Origin: Eubacterium sp. CAG:251 | GTDB lineage: Bacteria; Bacillota; Clostridia; Oscillospirales; Acutalibacteraceae | NCBI GenBank assembly: GCA_000436835.1 | Contig: FR889161.1 | Span: forward strand, 112,741 to 176,740 | DNA: 64,000 nt | Reading direction: 5' to 3' | Part shown: positions 1 through 9,769 of the stretch, piece by piece | How the letters are laid out: each line of letters opens with the position of its first letter | How positions within the stretch are numbered: position 1 is the stretch's first letter | Position numbers and translations under genes: made by a program | The notes under the pieces: generated by a model | Databases searched by the model: none | Told to the model about the DNA's origin: nothing | What the model saw: the letters and a program-made list of their open reading frames with translations, nothing else

Positions 1-682
1 AACGGGCAATGACTTCGCAAAAAAGGTTTACGGTACTAAAAAAATTAATGTTGAAAATGTAATTAAGGCTTTTGGCTTTTATAGCGGCAAAATCAAATAT
101 GACGTTAAACCAATTGACCTGATTGATTATAACGGCGAAAAGTGTATTAACGTTATGAGCTACGGCCTTGACACAAAGGTTGAAACCATAGGCAGGCAGA
201 TTGCAGGAAAGATTCCTTCTATTGGCCATAAGGCTTACAATATTGCCGTTGTGCCTGTTTTGTGCCGGTCAATGACTTGTCATATCAATATTGACCTCGA
301 TTGCATTGACGAGGACGGAAAGCCGTATAAATACATAGTTGCGCCTTGTGATTACACACTTTTTGCGATTTGCAATGCAAGCTACTACGGAGGCGGTTTT
401 TGCCCTGCTCCTAATTCGGTGCTTGACGACGGACTTCTTGACTTTGCGCTTTGCCATCCTGTTAATGCTTTTCAGGCGATGCCGATGATTCCTGAATACA
501 GCAAAGGTAATGTGGATAAGCTTCAAAATTATTTCACATTCGGCAAGGTTGTCGGCGGCAGAATTTGGTCAACAGACGGCGATGCGCTTTTGGGCAACTG
601 CGACGGTGAAAACTTTGATTACAGCGAGGTTAATTTTAAAGTTTTGCCTAAATCGTTGAAACTTTGCTTTATAAAGAATTAA
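1..682 (+). CDS. Diacylglycerol kinase catalytic-domain family lipid kinase (YegS/BmrU-like), C-terminal part; the 5' end lies upstream of the window
   Basis: The reading frame is open from the window edge. A GGGFCPAPNSVLDDGLLDF motif is typical of the DAGK_cat C-terminal region. Confidence 0.55.
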   Translation, partial: TGNDFAKKVYGTKKINVENVIKAFGFYSGKIKYDVKPIDLIDYNGEKCINVMSYGLDTKVETIGRQIAGKIPSIGHKAYNIAVVPVLCRSMTCHINIDLDCIDEDGKPYKYIVAPCDYTLFAICNASYYGGGFCPAPNSVLDDGLLDFALCHPVNAFQAMPMIPEYSKGNVDKLQNYFTFGKVVGGRIWSTDGDALLGNCDGENFDYSEVNFKVLPKSLKLCFIKN

Positions 683-715
683 TTTAAATTAAAGAATAAG
701 AAAAGGTGTAAGAAA

Positions 716-2500
716 TTGAAAAAAATCATATCATTATTATTGGCTTTGGCTGTTATGTTTTCGCTTTCTTTGACGGGCACGGCGGCTTTTGCGGCTGAAA
801 TTAAATATAGTGATATTGTTATCGGTGACGGCGAACTGTCAGAAACGGGTGAAAACGCTGCAAGTGATAATGCAAAAGTTATTCAAGCAGCTTTTGATGA
901 GGCTAAAAATAAAGCGAGCGATAAAAACAGATATCGTATTTATTTTCCTAAGGGTGAATATCATATCAACACTACGCTCAATATTTTCAGCAATACAGAG
1001 CTTTATCTTGATGAAAAAACAACCCTTGTTCAAGACGCACCGAAAGGTCAAAATATAGTTAAAGCAGGCGATTTCAGCCAAAAACATATTCTTTACAACG
1101 GCTTTAGAAATATCAAAATTGACGGCGGTAAGTGGGACATGCAGTTTAACGGCTCCTGCGCTATGCGTTTTGGGCATTGCACAAATTTGAGCATAAATAA
1201 CGTAAATATAACCAACATCTTGGACGCCCATCACATTGAAGCGGCGGCTGTTGATACATTAAGTATTACAGACAGCACATTTACATCTTCTTTAAGAAGA
1301 GGCTCAAATTCCTGCGAAGCAATACAGCTTGATATTTTGCACGATTCAAAGCATTTTCCGGGATTTGAGGAATTTGACGATACACCTAACAAAAACGTAA
1401 CTATAAGCGGTTGTACCTTTTCAAATCTCCATTCGGGAATAGGTACCCGTTCGGCTGTTGTTTCAAAATATTTTGACAATGTTGTTATAGAAAATAACAA
1501 GTTTGAAAATATTAGGGAAAAGGCTATTAGCTGTTTTAACTATAAAAACAGTAAAATTATCAATAATACATTCACAAATGTCAATTCCGGCATTTGCTTT
1601 GAATACCTGCCTAATAATTTTTTTGGCGCTTATTCTCAAAGAATGTATATTGCAAATGATAAAAGTATAGGCAAAATAAATTCAAAATCATCTACCGTAA
1701 TCAGCGGCAATGTTATGAATATTAAGCAAATGGCAGAATCAAGCTACGGCATTTATGCTTACGGCGCTAAGGTTGACGCTTCAACTGCCAAGGCTAACGG
1801 TGTTGTTGCAGGTGATTATACAATAAGCGATTTATCGATTGATAATAATACGATTAATGTTGAAGAAAATTCATCTAAATCATATGGAATATACATAACA
1901 GGCGTTAATAAAAGCGAAATTTCATCTAATACCTTGACCGATTATTCTTCGGCTAAAGACGGAATTAACGGTATTAATATTTGCGCAAGCCAAAAAAATG
2001 TTATTAAAAATAATAACATTTCAGGTGCTTTCAATAACGGAATTTCAATTTTTAACAAATCATTTCCGGGCAGTAAAAATTTACTTATTACATCTAATTC
2101 GATTTCAGGTGTTAAAAGTTTCGGTATAAGGGTGGCAGAATCCTCATATGCCACCATTAAAAGCGATAATAATATTTCTGCGGGGGAAAGTCCGCTTTGC
2201 CTTTATTCGCAAAATTACAGCCAAAATGTTCCTACTCCAAGTGTTAAATCAAAGGGCTATTCGTTAAGAAATAAGCCACTTATTCGCTTTAGTTCGCTAA
2301 ACGGAAGTGCAGGATATAAGGTTTCACGTTCTGCTTACAACGGCACGTTTAAGGAAATTGCAACTGTTTACGGTGAAAATCTTAATTTTGAAGATAAATC
2401 ATCAACTGCTTTTTCAAAAAATTATTATAGAGTTACACCTATTTATAACGTAGGCGGTACAGTAGTTACAGGCAAAAATTATATTGACATAGCATTTTAA
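716..2500 (+). CDS. Secreted right-handed parallel beta-helix (pectate-lyase-fold, PbH1-repeat) surface protein
   Basis: N-terminal signal peptide (MKKIISLLLALAVMFSLSLTGTAAFA). There are many NNxFxN/SGIxF PbH1-like repeats. RBS AAAAGGTG lies upstream. Confidence 0.6.
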   Translation: MKKIISLLLALAVMFSLSLTGTAAFAAEIKYSDIVIGDGELSETGENAASDNAKVIQAAFDEAKNKASDKNRYRIYFPKGEYHINTTLNIFSNTELYLDEKTTLVQDAPKGQNIVKAGDFSQKHILYNGFRNIKIDGGKWDMQFNGSCAMRFGHCTNLSINNVNITNILDAHHIEAAAVDTLSITDSTFTSSLRRGSNSCEAIQLDILHDSKHFPGFEEFDDTPNKNVTISGCTFSNLHSGIGTRSAVVSKYFDNVVIENNKFENIREKAISCFNYKNSKIINNTFTNVNSGICFEYLPNNFFGAYSQRMYIANDKSIGKINSKSSTVISGNVMNIKQMAESSYGIYAYGAKVDASTAKANGVVAGDYTISDLSIDNNTINVEENSSKSYGIYITGVNKSEISSNTLTDYSSAKDGINGINICASQKNVIKNNNISGAFNNGISIFNKSFPGSKNLLITSNSISGVKSFGIRVAESSYATIKSDNNISAGESPLCLYSQNYSQNVPTPSVKSKGYSLRNKPLIRFSSLNGSAGYKVSRSAYNGTFKEIATVYGENLNFEDKSSTAFSKNYYRVTPIYNVGGTVVTGKNYIDIAF

Positions 2501-2506
2501 AAGTTC

Positions 2507-2533
2507 ACAAAAAATCAACTCCTTCATAGAATA
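2507..2533 (+). promoter_or_regulatory. Sigma-K-type sporulation promoter candidate (AC-N16-CATAgaaTA)
   Basis: AC at 2507-2508 is followed by a 16-nt spacer and CATAGAATA at 2525-2533, matching the SigK consensus AC-N16/17-CATAnnnTA. It sits 40 nt upstream of the Cys-rich ORF. Confidence 0.35.
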
Positions 2534-2574
2534 TTACTGAAGTTTACTTCAATATTTTATAAAGGAGTTTTTTT

Positions 2575-3390
2575 ATGCCTGATAATCTCAACTTAGACAC
2601 AGGTGAAAGACGCATAAATGAGGCTGTTTGCATTGACACAAAGCGCATTTTTGACAGTTGCGTGAGCAAAGATTGCCTTGAAGATTTAAGAGTTACATTT
2701 TTTTCAAAAAGCCAAAGGCTGATTGATGAGGCTGTTACGGTAAAAACAAGAGATTGCTGTATCGAAGAGGTAAGCATTGACGTTGAGGAAGTTCCTTTCA
2801 ACAGAGGCTTTTACAGCGTTGATATTACGTTTTATTTCAAGCTTTGTTTTGATACCTATGCAGCACCGTGCACAACTCCTCAGGTGGCTGTCGGCTTTGC
2901 GAGATTTAATAAAAAGTGTATTCTTTTCGGTTCTAACGGCGATGTAAAGGTATTCGTTTCAAATCCGGTAAGCGAGGCAACCGATTGCCCTGTTGCGCCT
3001 CAGTACACAAATCCTGTGGCAAAGGTGCAGGCGGTTGACCCTGTAGTGCTTTCAACCGATATTTGCGACAGCTGCGACTGCAACATAAGCGTTTGCTCGT
3101 CGTTTCCGCAATCAATTCTTAATTCTGTTGAGGATACTATGCCGTCGTGCGGTTCTTCAAAAGCAATTCTTGTTACTCTCGGCCTTTTCTCAATAGTTCA
3201 AATGGAGCGAGATGCACAAATTCTTATTCCCGCTTATGATTATTGTATCCCTGACAGAGAATGTAACTGCAATACGTCTAACCCTTGCGAAACATTCCAG
3301 GGAATTGATTTTCCTGTTGAACAATTTTTCCCTAATGAAAAGGAAAATTGCTCACCGTGTGCCCCAAAACCCGAATGTGACAAAGAATAG
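2575..3390 (+). CDS. Cysteine-rich hypothetical protein (about 24 Cys in 271 aa); possible spore coat or exosporium component
   Basis: ORF preceded by RBS AAAGGAG. It has CxxC/CxC-rich composition (DICDSCDCNISVC, ECNCNTSNPCE, NCSPCAPKPEC) and no other recognisable domain. Confidence 0.5.
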   Translation: MPDNLNLDTGERRINEAVCIDTKRIFDSCVSKDCLEDLRVTFFSKSQRLIDEAVTVKTRDCCIEEVSIDVEEVPFNRGFYSVDITFYFKLCFDTYAAPCTTPQVAVGFARFNKKCILFGSNGDVKVFVSNPVSEATDCPVAPQYTNPVAKVQAVDPVVLSTDICDSCDCNISVCSSFPQSILNSVEDTMPSCGSSKAILVTLGLFSIVQMERDAQILIPAYDYCIPDRECNCNTSNPCETFQGIDFPVEQFFPNEKENCSPCAPKPECDKE

Positions 3391-3437
3391 GCAAATGAAA
3401 AGCGTGCAAACCTTATGGCTTGCACGCAATTTTTTTA

Positions 3438-5003
3438 TCAGTTTTTCTTATCATCAAATGCCGGATACATTCTTCTGAAAAGAGAGTTGATATGCTTGAA
3501 ATATGATGAGTCGATATTATCAATCGTTTCTTTTGTGGTTCTGAATCTCCAATTTTTCTCAGGTACGCCGGGGATATTCATTCTTGCGTCCGAGCCGAAA
3601 CCGCACATATCCTGAAGTGCAATTATTGCAACGTTTGACGAACTTTTCCATACCGTTTCAATTATTTTTCTGCAAGACGGACTGTAATATCCGCCTTCAC
3701 CCCAATTGTCACCTGTAAAACCGCAATATTCAAGAGCAAATTTTCTTTCCTCGTCGCTTGCTTCCCAAAGCCAGCCCAAAATAGTGTTGTTATCATGAGT
3801 GCCGACGTAATTTATGCTGTTTTGAACTGAATTGTGTGGAATATGGGAGGAGTCGGAATTAGGGTCAAATCCGAATTGGACAACCTTCATTCCGGGGAAA
3901 CCCGTATCCTCTAAAAGCTTGACTACATCATCGCCGAAAACACCCAAATCCTCAGCGATAATCGGAGCGTTTGGATATGCTTCAAATACCTTATTAAAAA
4001 GCTTCATTTTAGGCCCGTCAAGCCACTCGCCGACTTTCGCCGTTTTGGACTCTGCCGGCACTGCCCAATAAGATGCAAATGCCCTGAAATGGTCAATTCT
4101 CACGGTGTCATAAAGCTTTAAAGAGTGACCTATCCTTGATATCCACCACGAAAAATTATCCTTTTCCATAGCGTTCCAATCATAGATGGGATTGCCCCAA
4201 AGCTGACCGTCTTTGCTGAAATAATCGGGCGGAACGCCTGCTACTTTTTCGACCTTCAGCGTTTTTTCGTCTATTAAAAACATAGGCAAATTTGACCAAA
4301 CGTCAACGCTGTCCATTGCAACATATATTGGCATATCGCCTATAACAGCAACACCTTTTTTGTTTGCGTAAGCCTTGATTTCATTCCATTGCTTGTAGAA
4401 AACGAATTGAACAAATTTCCAAAAAGCCGCTGATTTTTCATAAGAATATATATTCTTGATACATTCAAAATAGTGGGCGTGTTCATCGCTCCATTCCCAC
4501 CAAGGCTTCATATTTTCCTCTTCCTTAACAGCCATAAACACGCTGTAATCGGTAAGCCAGGAGTTGCTTATTTCAAATTCCTTAATCTGCCTTGCAAGCT
4601 CGTCGTTTATGTTTAAAAATGCTTTTTTCAAAAGTTCAAGCCTTTTTTTGCCTGCAAATTCATAGTCTGCCGTGTACGGCGTGCCGTCGTAAATGTTTGA
4701 CTTGTAATCTTCCTCGCAAATAAGACCCATATCGTAAAGCCCTTTGGGATTTATAAAAATATAATTTCCAGCAAAGGCAGAGGGCGAGCAATAAGGCGAA
4801 TTAGCCCTGTCAATCGGATTAAACGGTAAAACCTGCCAATATGTAAAGCCCATATCCGCTATTTTGTCAATAAAATGAATAACGTTTTCATCAAAAACAC
4901 CGACGCCGTAGTCGCTCGGCATTGAACTGATGTGAAGCAATACGCCTGCTCCTCGTTTTTTCAGCATAATTACTTTTCTTCTTTCTTCAAATGATGGTAA
5001 CAA
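3438..5003 (-). CDS. malQ: 4-alpha-glucanotransferase (amylomaltase, GH77)
   Basis: N-terminus RGAGVLLHISSMPSDYGVGVFDE...FTYWQVLPFNP is typical of GH77 MalQ, at a length of 521 aa. Confidence 0.9.
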   Translation of the reverse strand: MLPSFEERRKVIMLKKRGAGVLLHISSMPSDYGVGVFDENVIHFIDKIADMGFTYWQVLPFNPIDRANSPYCSPSAFAGNYIFINPKGLYDMGLICEEDYKSNIYDGTPYTADYEFAGKKRLELLKKAFLNINDELARQIKEFEISNSWLTDYSVFMAVKEEENMKPWWEWSDEHAHYFECIKNIYSYEKSAAFWKFVQFVFYKQWNEIKAYANKKGVAVIGDMPIYVAMDSVDVWSNLPMFLIDEKTLKVEKVAGVPPDYFSKDGQLWGNPIYDWNAMEKDNFSWWISRIGHSLKLYDTVRIDHFRAFASYWAVPAESKTAKVGEWLDGPKMKLFNKVFEAYPNAPIIAEDLGVFGDDVVKLLEDTGFPGMKVVQFGFDPNSDSSHIPHNSVQNSINYVGTHDNNTILGWLWEASDEERKFALEYCGFTGDNWGEGGYYSPSCRKIIETVWKSSSNVAIIALQDMCGFGSDARMNIPGVPEKNWRFRTTKETIDNIDSSYFKHINSLFRRMYPAFDDKKN

Positions 5004-5072
5004 GTGCTATTTTATCATTAACATAAACAAAAATCAATTATTTAAAATTATTATTTTATTAATAATTATATA

Positions 5073-5101
5073 TTGATTAAAGTATATATATTTGATATAA
5101 T
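5073..5101 (+). promoter_or_regulatory. Sigma-A promoter (TTGATT-N17-TGaTATAAT) for miaB
   Basis: -35 TTGATT at 5073-5078. Extended -10 TGATATAAT at 5093-5101. Confidence 0.5.
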
Positions 5102-5186
5102 ATTTTCCGTATAATGTGAGGGTGTATGCACGTTCGCAAAAGCCACACTTTAACGAGTGAATTTTTTGAATGCGAGGGCAGAATAA

Positions 5187-6629
5187 TTGAGCGAGAATAA
5201 TAAAAAAACACATACTGTTTCAAAAGAAGAGCTTGATAGGCAGAAGCAGTTTACGCAAAAGGTAAGCTCTGTTATTTCAGCATCGTATAATGAAAAACCG
5301 AAGGCTTGCGTTGTTACTTACGGTTGCCAGCAAAATGTGGCTGACAGTGAAAAAATTAAAGGTATGCTTGAGCTTATGGGTTATGATTTTACGGACAACA
5401 GGCTTGAGGCTAAGCTGATTATCTTTAATACCTGCGCTGTCAGGGAACATGCTGAGGACAGGGTGTTCGGCAATGTAGGTGCGCTCAAAAGCTATAAGCG
5501 TGAAAATCATGACGTTGTAATTGCTCTTTGCGGTTGTATGATGCAACAGCAGCATATTGCGGATAAGATTAAAAAATCATTCCCGTTTGTTGATCTCGTT
5601 TTCGGAACTCACGTTGTTCATAAGCTTCCTGAGCTTCTTTACAGAGCATTGACCGGTAAAAAGAGAGTTTTTGATATAACCGATACGGACGGTATCATTG
5701 CCGAGGGTATTCCTGTAAGGCGTGACAATGACGCTAAGGCATGGCTTCCGATTATGTACGGTTGCAACAACTTCTGCTCATACTGCATTGTGCCTTATGT
5801 AAGGGGCAGGGAAAGAAGCAGGCAGGTTGAGGATATCGTAGCCGAGTTTAAATCTCTTGTTGAGCAAGGTTATAAGGAAATTACTCTTTTAGGTCAAAAT
5901 GTTAATTCTTTCGGCAAGGATTTAGAACCGAGAGTTACATTTGCGAATCTTTTGAGAATGCTTAACGATATCGACGGCGATTTCAGAATCAGGTTTATGA
6001 CCAGTCATCCCAAGGATTGCACTAAGGAACTTATTGAAACCATGGCGCAGTGCGACAAGGTGGCAGAGCATTTGCATCTTCCTTTTCAAAGCGGAAGCAA
6101 CAGAGTGCTTAAAGCTATGAACAGGCATTATACAAGAGAACAGTATCTTGAACTTATCAAATATGCGAGAAAGCTTATGGGCGACGAGCTTTCAATCACA
6201 AGTGATATTATTGTTGGTTTCCCCGGTGAAACATATGAGGAATTTAAGGAAACACTTTCACTTGTTAAGGAAATTAACGCCACTCAGCTTTTTACGTTTA
6301 TTTATTCAAGGAGAGAGGGTACACCCGCAGCTAAAATGGATGACCCTGTATCGGCTGAAGAAAAGTCAAGATGGTTTAAGGAACTTACCGATTTGCAGGA
6401 AACAATAAGTGCAAGCCAAATGAAACTTCATCAAGGCAAGACTTATAAGTGCTATGTATACGGTAAGGGCAAATTGGGAGATAATTATATTGCCGCAAGA
6501 AATGACGGCAATTTGATTATAGAATTTGAGGGTGACGAAAGCCTTATCGGAACCTTTCAAAACATTAAAGTAATCGAACCGCTTACGTTTGTTATGAGGG
6601 GCGAATTAGTAAAGGAGAAACAAATATGA
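5187..6629 (+). CDS. miaB: tRNA-i6A37 methylthiotransferase (radical SAM, MiaB)
   Basis: MTTase N-terminal domain (ACVVTYGCQQNVADSE) followed by a radical-SAM CxxxCxxC motif (CSYCIVP) and a C-terminal TRAM domain. TTG start with GAGGG RBS. Confidence 0.9.
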   Translation: MSENNKKTHTVSKEELDRQKQFTQKVSSVISASYNEKPKACVVTYGCQQNVADSEKIKGMLELMGYDFTDNRLEAKLIIFNTCAVREHAEDRVFGNVGALKSYKRENHDVVIALCGCMMQQQHIADKIKKSFPFVDLVFGTHVVHKLPELLYRALTGKKRVFDITDTDGIIAEGIPVRRDNDAKAWLPIMYGCNNFCSYCIVPYVRGRERSRQVEDIVAEFKSLVEQGYKEITLLGQNVNSFGKDLEPRVTFANLLRMLNDIDGDFRIRFMTSHPKDCTKELIETMAQCDKVAEHLHLPFQSGSNRVLKAMNRHYTREQYLELIKYARKLMGDELSITSDIIVGFPGETYEEFKETLSLVKEINATQLFTFIYSRREGTPAAKMDDPVSAEEKSRWFKELTDLQETISASQMKLHQGKTYKCYVYGKGKLGDNYIAARNDGNLIIEFEGDESLIGTFQNIKVIEPLTFVMRGELVKEKQI

Positions 6630-7039
6630 GTATTGAATCAGCACTCAGAGAATTAGGCAAAGAAATTCAGAAGGACGAGCGTTTTGTCGCTCTTCAGGTT
6701 GCTGCAAAGGCAAATGATGCAGACGAATCACTCCAGCAGCAAATGCAGGAGATGCAGCTTATCTCTCTTAAATATCAGCAGGAGGCTGAAAAAGGAGAGG
6801 AAGCATCACAAGACAGAATTAAGGAATTTCAGGACGATTATCAGAAGCTTTATACTGAAATTATGGCAGGCGAAAATATGCAAAACTATTCTGCCGCTGC
6901 ATCTGAAATGGAAAAGATGGCACAGTATATCAGCGGTATGATAGGTCTTTTCTTTGACGGTCAGGATGCAGAAACATGCGAACTTCCGGCACAGGACGCT
7001 TGCACACATAACTGCTCAACCTGCGGTGGCTGCCACTAA
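6626..7039 (+). CDS. YlbF/YmcA (RicA-like, Com_YlbF family) regulatory protein with C-terminal C-x3-C-x2-C-x2-C motif
   Basis: Position between miaB and mutS mirrors B. subtilis ymcB-ymcA-(cotE)-mutS. Helical Q/E-rich sequence; terminal CTHNCSTCGGCH. Confidence 0.6.
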   Translation: MSIESALRELGKEIQKDERFVALQVAAKANDADESLQQQMQEMQLISLKYQQEAEKGEEASQDRIKEFQDDYQKLYTEIMAGENMQNYSAAASEMEKMAQYISGMIGLFFDGQDAETCELPAQDACTHNCSTCGGCH

Positions 7040-7100
7040 TTAAAATTATTTAGTGCGATTTTGCACAAAACAAAAATCACTTAAAAAAGGAGGAACAAAA

Positions 7101-9743
7101 ATGGCTAAAAAGGATAGTAAGCTGTCGCCTATGATGGCGCAATATTTTGAGGTGAAAAGTAAATATCCCGATACAATTTTGTTCTTCCGTGTCGGTGATT
7201 TTTATGAGATGTTTTTTGACGATGCCAAACTTGCTTCATCAGAGCTTGATTTGGTGCTTACGGGCAAGGATTGCGGTCAAGAGGAACGTGCTCCTATGTG
7301 CGGAGTGCCGTTTCACAGTGCAGATAACTATATTGCAAAGCTTGTAAGCCACGGTCATAAGGTTGCTATTTGCGAGCAGACTGAGGACCCAAGCAAGGCA
7401 ACGGGGCTTGTTAAAAGAGATGTCATAAGAGTCATGACTCCGGGTACGGTAATTGAGAGCAATATGCTTGACGACGGTGCTAACAATTATCTTTGTGCTA
7501 TTTATAAAAATAAGGACAGAACAAAGGCGGGCTTATGCTTTGCCGATATTTCAACAGGTGAGTTCCATATTACCTCTCTCAATACCGCACCTATTCAAAG
7601 GCAAATTTTAAATGAACTTTATACATATACTCCTCGTGAGATTATTGTTAATAACGACGGCTTTGATATGTCGCTTCTTGACAGCTATACAAAAAGGGTT
7701 GACGCTCATCTTGAAGTTGTCAGCGCAGACAAGTTTGATTATGAAACGGCATTAAAGCTTATTAATGAGAATTTGAATGCTGCCGAGATTGAAGAGCTTA
7801 ATGTCAGCGAAAATGAAATTGCTGTTTGTGCTCTCGGCGCTGTTATTCTTTATCTTAAGGACACTCAAAAGAAAGACGAGATTGAGGCACCGAGTGAGTT
7901 TGAAATGTACGACACTGAAAAGTATATGAAGCTTGATATGTCGGCAAGGCGTAATCTTGAGCTTACAAAGTCTATGATGACGGGTGACAAAAGGCATTCG
8001 CTTTTGTGGGTTATTGATAAAACTAAAACGGCAGCAGGTAAAAGAATGATTCGTTCGTGGCTTGAAAGGCCGCTTATGTCTATCGCAAAAATCACCAAGC
8101 GCCAAAATGCAGTAGGCGAACTTTGCGATAATCCTATTCTTCGTGATGAAATCAGGCAGGCGCTTACGGGTGTCAGCGATATTGAGAGGCTGCTTACAAG
8201 AATTGTTTATTCAACTGCCAATGCAAAGGAACTTAAATCGCTTCAGTCAACGCTTGAAAAGCTTCCGTCAATTAAGGCTAAGCTTGCCGATTCTTCGTCG
8301 TATCTTTTAAAAGCGGTTTATAACGATATTGATTTACTTGAGGATATAAGAAGTCTTATTGACAGCGCAATTGTTGATGAACCTCCGTTTACCGTTCGTG
8401 AGGGAGGTATGATTAAAGAGGGCTTTGATAAGGATATTGATGAGCTTAAATCAATAATGAACGATGGCGCAGGCATAATCGCATCTATTGAAAACGAGCA
8501 GAGAGAACTTACAGGTATACCTAAGCTCAAAGTCGGATATAACAAGGTTTTCGGCTACTATATCGAAGTTACAAATTCGTATAAGGATTTAGTTCCCGAA
8601 ACTTATATAAGAAAGCAAACGCTCACAAATTGCGAAAGATATATTACCCAGGAACTTAAGGATTTAGAGGGCAAGATTATCGGCGCAAAGGAGAGGTGCA
8701 TTGCGCTTGAATATCAAATGCTTTGCAAAATAAGAGAAAGCATTTCAAACGAGGTTAAAAGGCTTCAAAAAACAGCACGTGCGCTTGCGACGCTTGATGT
8801 TTTGGCTTCTCTTTCCGAGGTTGCGGTTAATAATAATTACGTTTGCCCTCAAATTACAAATGACGGCACAATCAATATTAAAGACGGCAGGCATCCGGTT
8901 GTTGAGGCACTTTTAGAAGATACACCTTTTGTTCCGAACGATGCTAAGCTTGACCTTGATGAAAACAGATGCGAAATAATTACCGGCCCTAATATGGCAG
9001 GTAAGTCAACATATATGAGGCAGATTGCGCTTATCACTCTTTTGGCGCAAATAGGTTCTTTTGTTCCGGCTAAAAGCGCACAAATCGGAATTGTTGATGC
9101 AATTTATACAAGAGTAGGTGCGAGTGATGACCTTGCAACAGGTCAGTCAACATTTATGGTTGAAATGAATGAGGTTGCCGAGATACTTAAAAATGCAACA
9201 AGCCGTTCGCTTATTATTCTTGATGAAATCGGACGTGGCACCTCTACTTTTGACGGAATGAGTATAGCAAGAGCGGTACTTGAATTTGTTTGCAAGAAAA
9301 AAACGCTCGGTGCGAAATCTCTTTTTGCGACGCATTATCACGAGCTTACTGTTATGGAGGGGCTTCTTGACGGAGTTAAGAATTATTCTATAGCAGTTAA
9401 AAAGCGTGGCGACGATATAACATTTTTAAGAAAGATTGTTAAGGGCGGAGCAGACCAAAGCTTCGGTATTGAGGTCGCTAAGCTTGCAGGTGTTCCCGAC
9501 AGCGTGGTTAAGCGTGCAAAGGTTATACTTAAGGAACTTGAGGCAAATTCAACTCCTATTGAGTTTGCGGCTGAAAACGAGATTGAAGATGAAAGCCAAA
9601 GCGACATTCAATATAATTTTACCGCTCAAGGCACTGATGAGATACTTGAAATACTTAAAGCAACGGATATAAATTCAATCACGCCTATGGAGGCGCTTCA
9701 AACATTGTTTGATTTGAAGCAAAAGGCGCAGGAACTTGAATAA
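7101..9743 (+). CDS. mutS: DNA mismatch repair protein MutS
   Basis: MAKKDSKLSPMMAQYFEVK... mismatch-binding N-terminal domain, Walker A GPNMAGKST, C-terminal HTH. AGGAGG RBS sits 8 nt upstream of ATG 7101. The longer 7053 start has no RBS. Confidence 0.95.
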   Translation: MAKKDSKLSPMMAQYFEVKSKYPDTILFFRVGDFYEMFFDDAKLASSELDLVLTGKDCGQEERAPMCGVPFHSADNYIAKLVSHGHKVAICEQTEDPSKATGLVKRDVIRVMTPGTVIESNMLDDGANNYLCAIYKNKDRTKAGLCFADISTGEFHITSLNTAPIQRQILNELYTYTPREIIVNNDGFDMSLLDSYTKRVDAHLEVVSADKFDYETALKLINENLNAAEIEELNVSENEIAVCALGAVILYLKDTQKKDEIEAPSEFEMYDTEKYMKLDMSARRNLELTKSMMTGDKRHSLLWVIDKTKTAAGKRMIRSWLERPLMSIAKITKRQNAVGELCDNPILRDEIRQALTGVSDIERLLTRIVYSTANAKELKSLQSTLEKLPSIKAKLADSSSYLLKAVYNDIDLLEDIRSLIDSAIVDEPPFTVREGGMIKEGFDKDIDELKSIMNDGAGIIASIENEQRELTGIPKLKVGYNKVFGYYIEVTNSYKDLVPETYIRKQTLTNCERYITQELKDLEGKIIGAKERCIALEYQMLCKIRESISNEVKRLQKTARALATLDVLASLSEVAVNNNYVCPQITNDGTINIKDGRHPVVEALLEDTPFVPNDAKLDLDENRCEIITGPNMAGKSTYMRQIALITLLAQIGSFVPAKSAQIGIVDAIYTRVGASDDLATGQSTFMVEMNEVAEILKNATSRSLIILDEIGRGTSTFDGMSIARAVLEFVCKKKTLGAKSLFATHYHELTVMEGLLDGVKNYSIAVKKRGDDITFLRKIVKGGADQSFGIEVAKLAGVPDSVVKRAKVILKELEANSTPIEFAAENEIEDESQSDIQYNFTAQGTDEILEILKATDINSITPMEALQTLFDLKQKAQELE

Positions 9744-9769
9744 ATTTTAACAAAAAGGAGGGCGATTTA

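Noticed and set aside
789-1234. Antisense or alternate-frame ORFs (789..1058 plus strand, 839..1234 minus strand) inside the beta-helix protein gene
   Set aside because: They are low-complexity, lack an RBS, and lie wholly inside a well-supported CDS. They are typical AT-rich spurious ORFs. The same applies to 44850..45521, 15738..16052, 21882..22340, 10496..10825 and similar.
7053-7100. Longer MutS start (MRFCTKQKSLKKGGTK...)
   Set aside because: No RBS is present. The AGGAGG sits immediately before ATG 7101, which gives the canonical MAKK MutS N-terminus.
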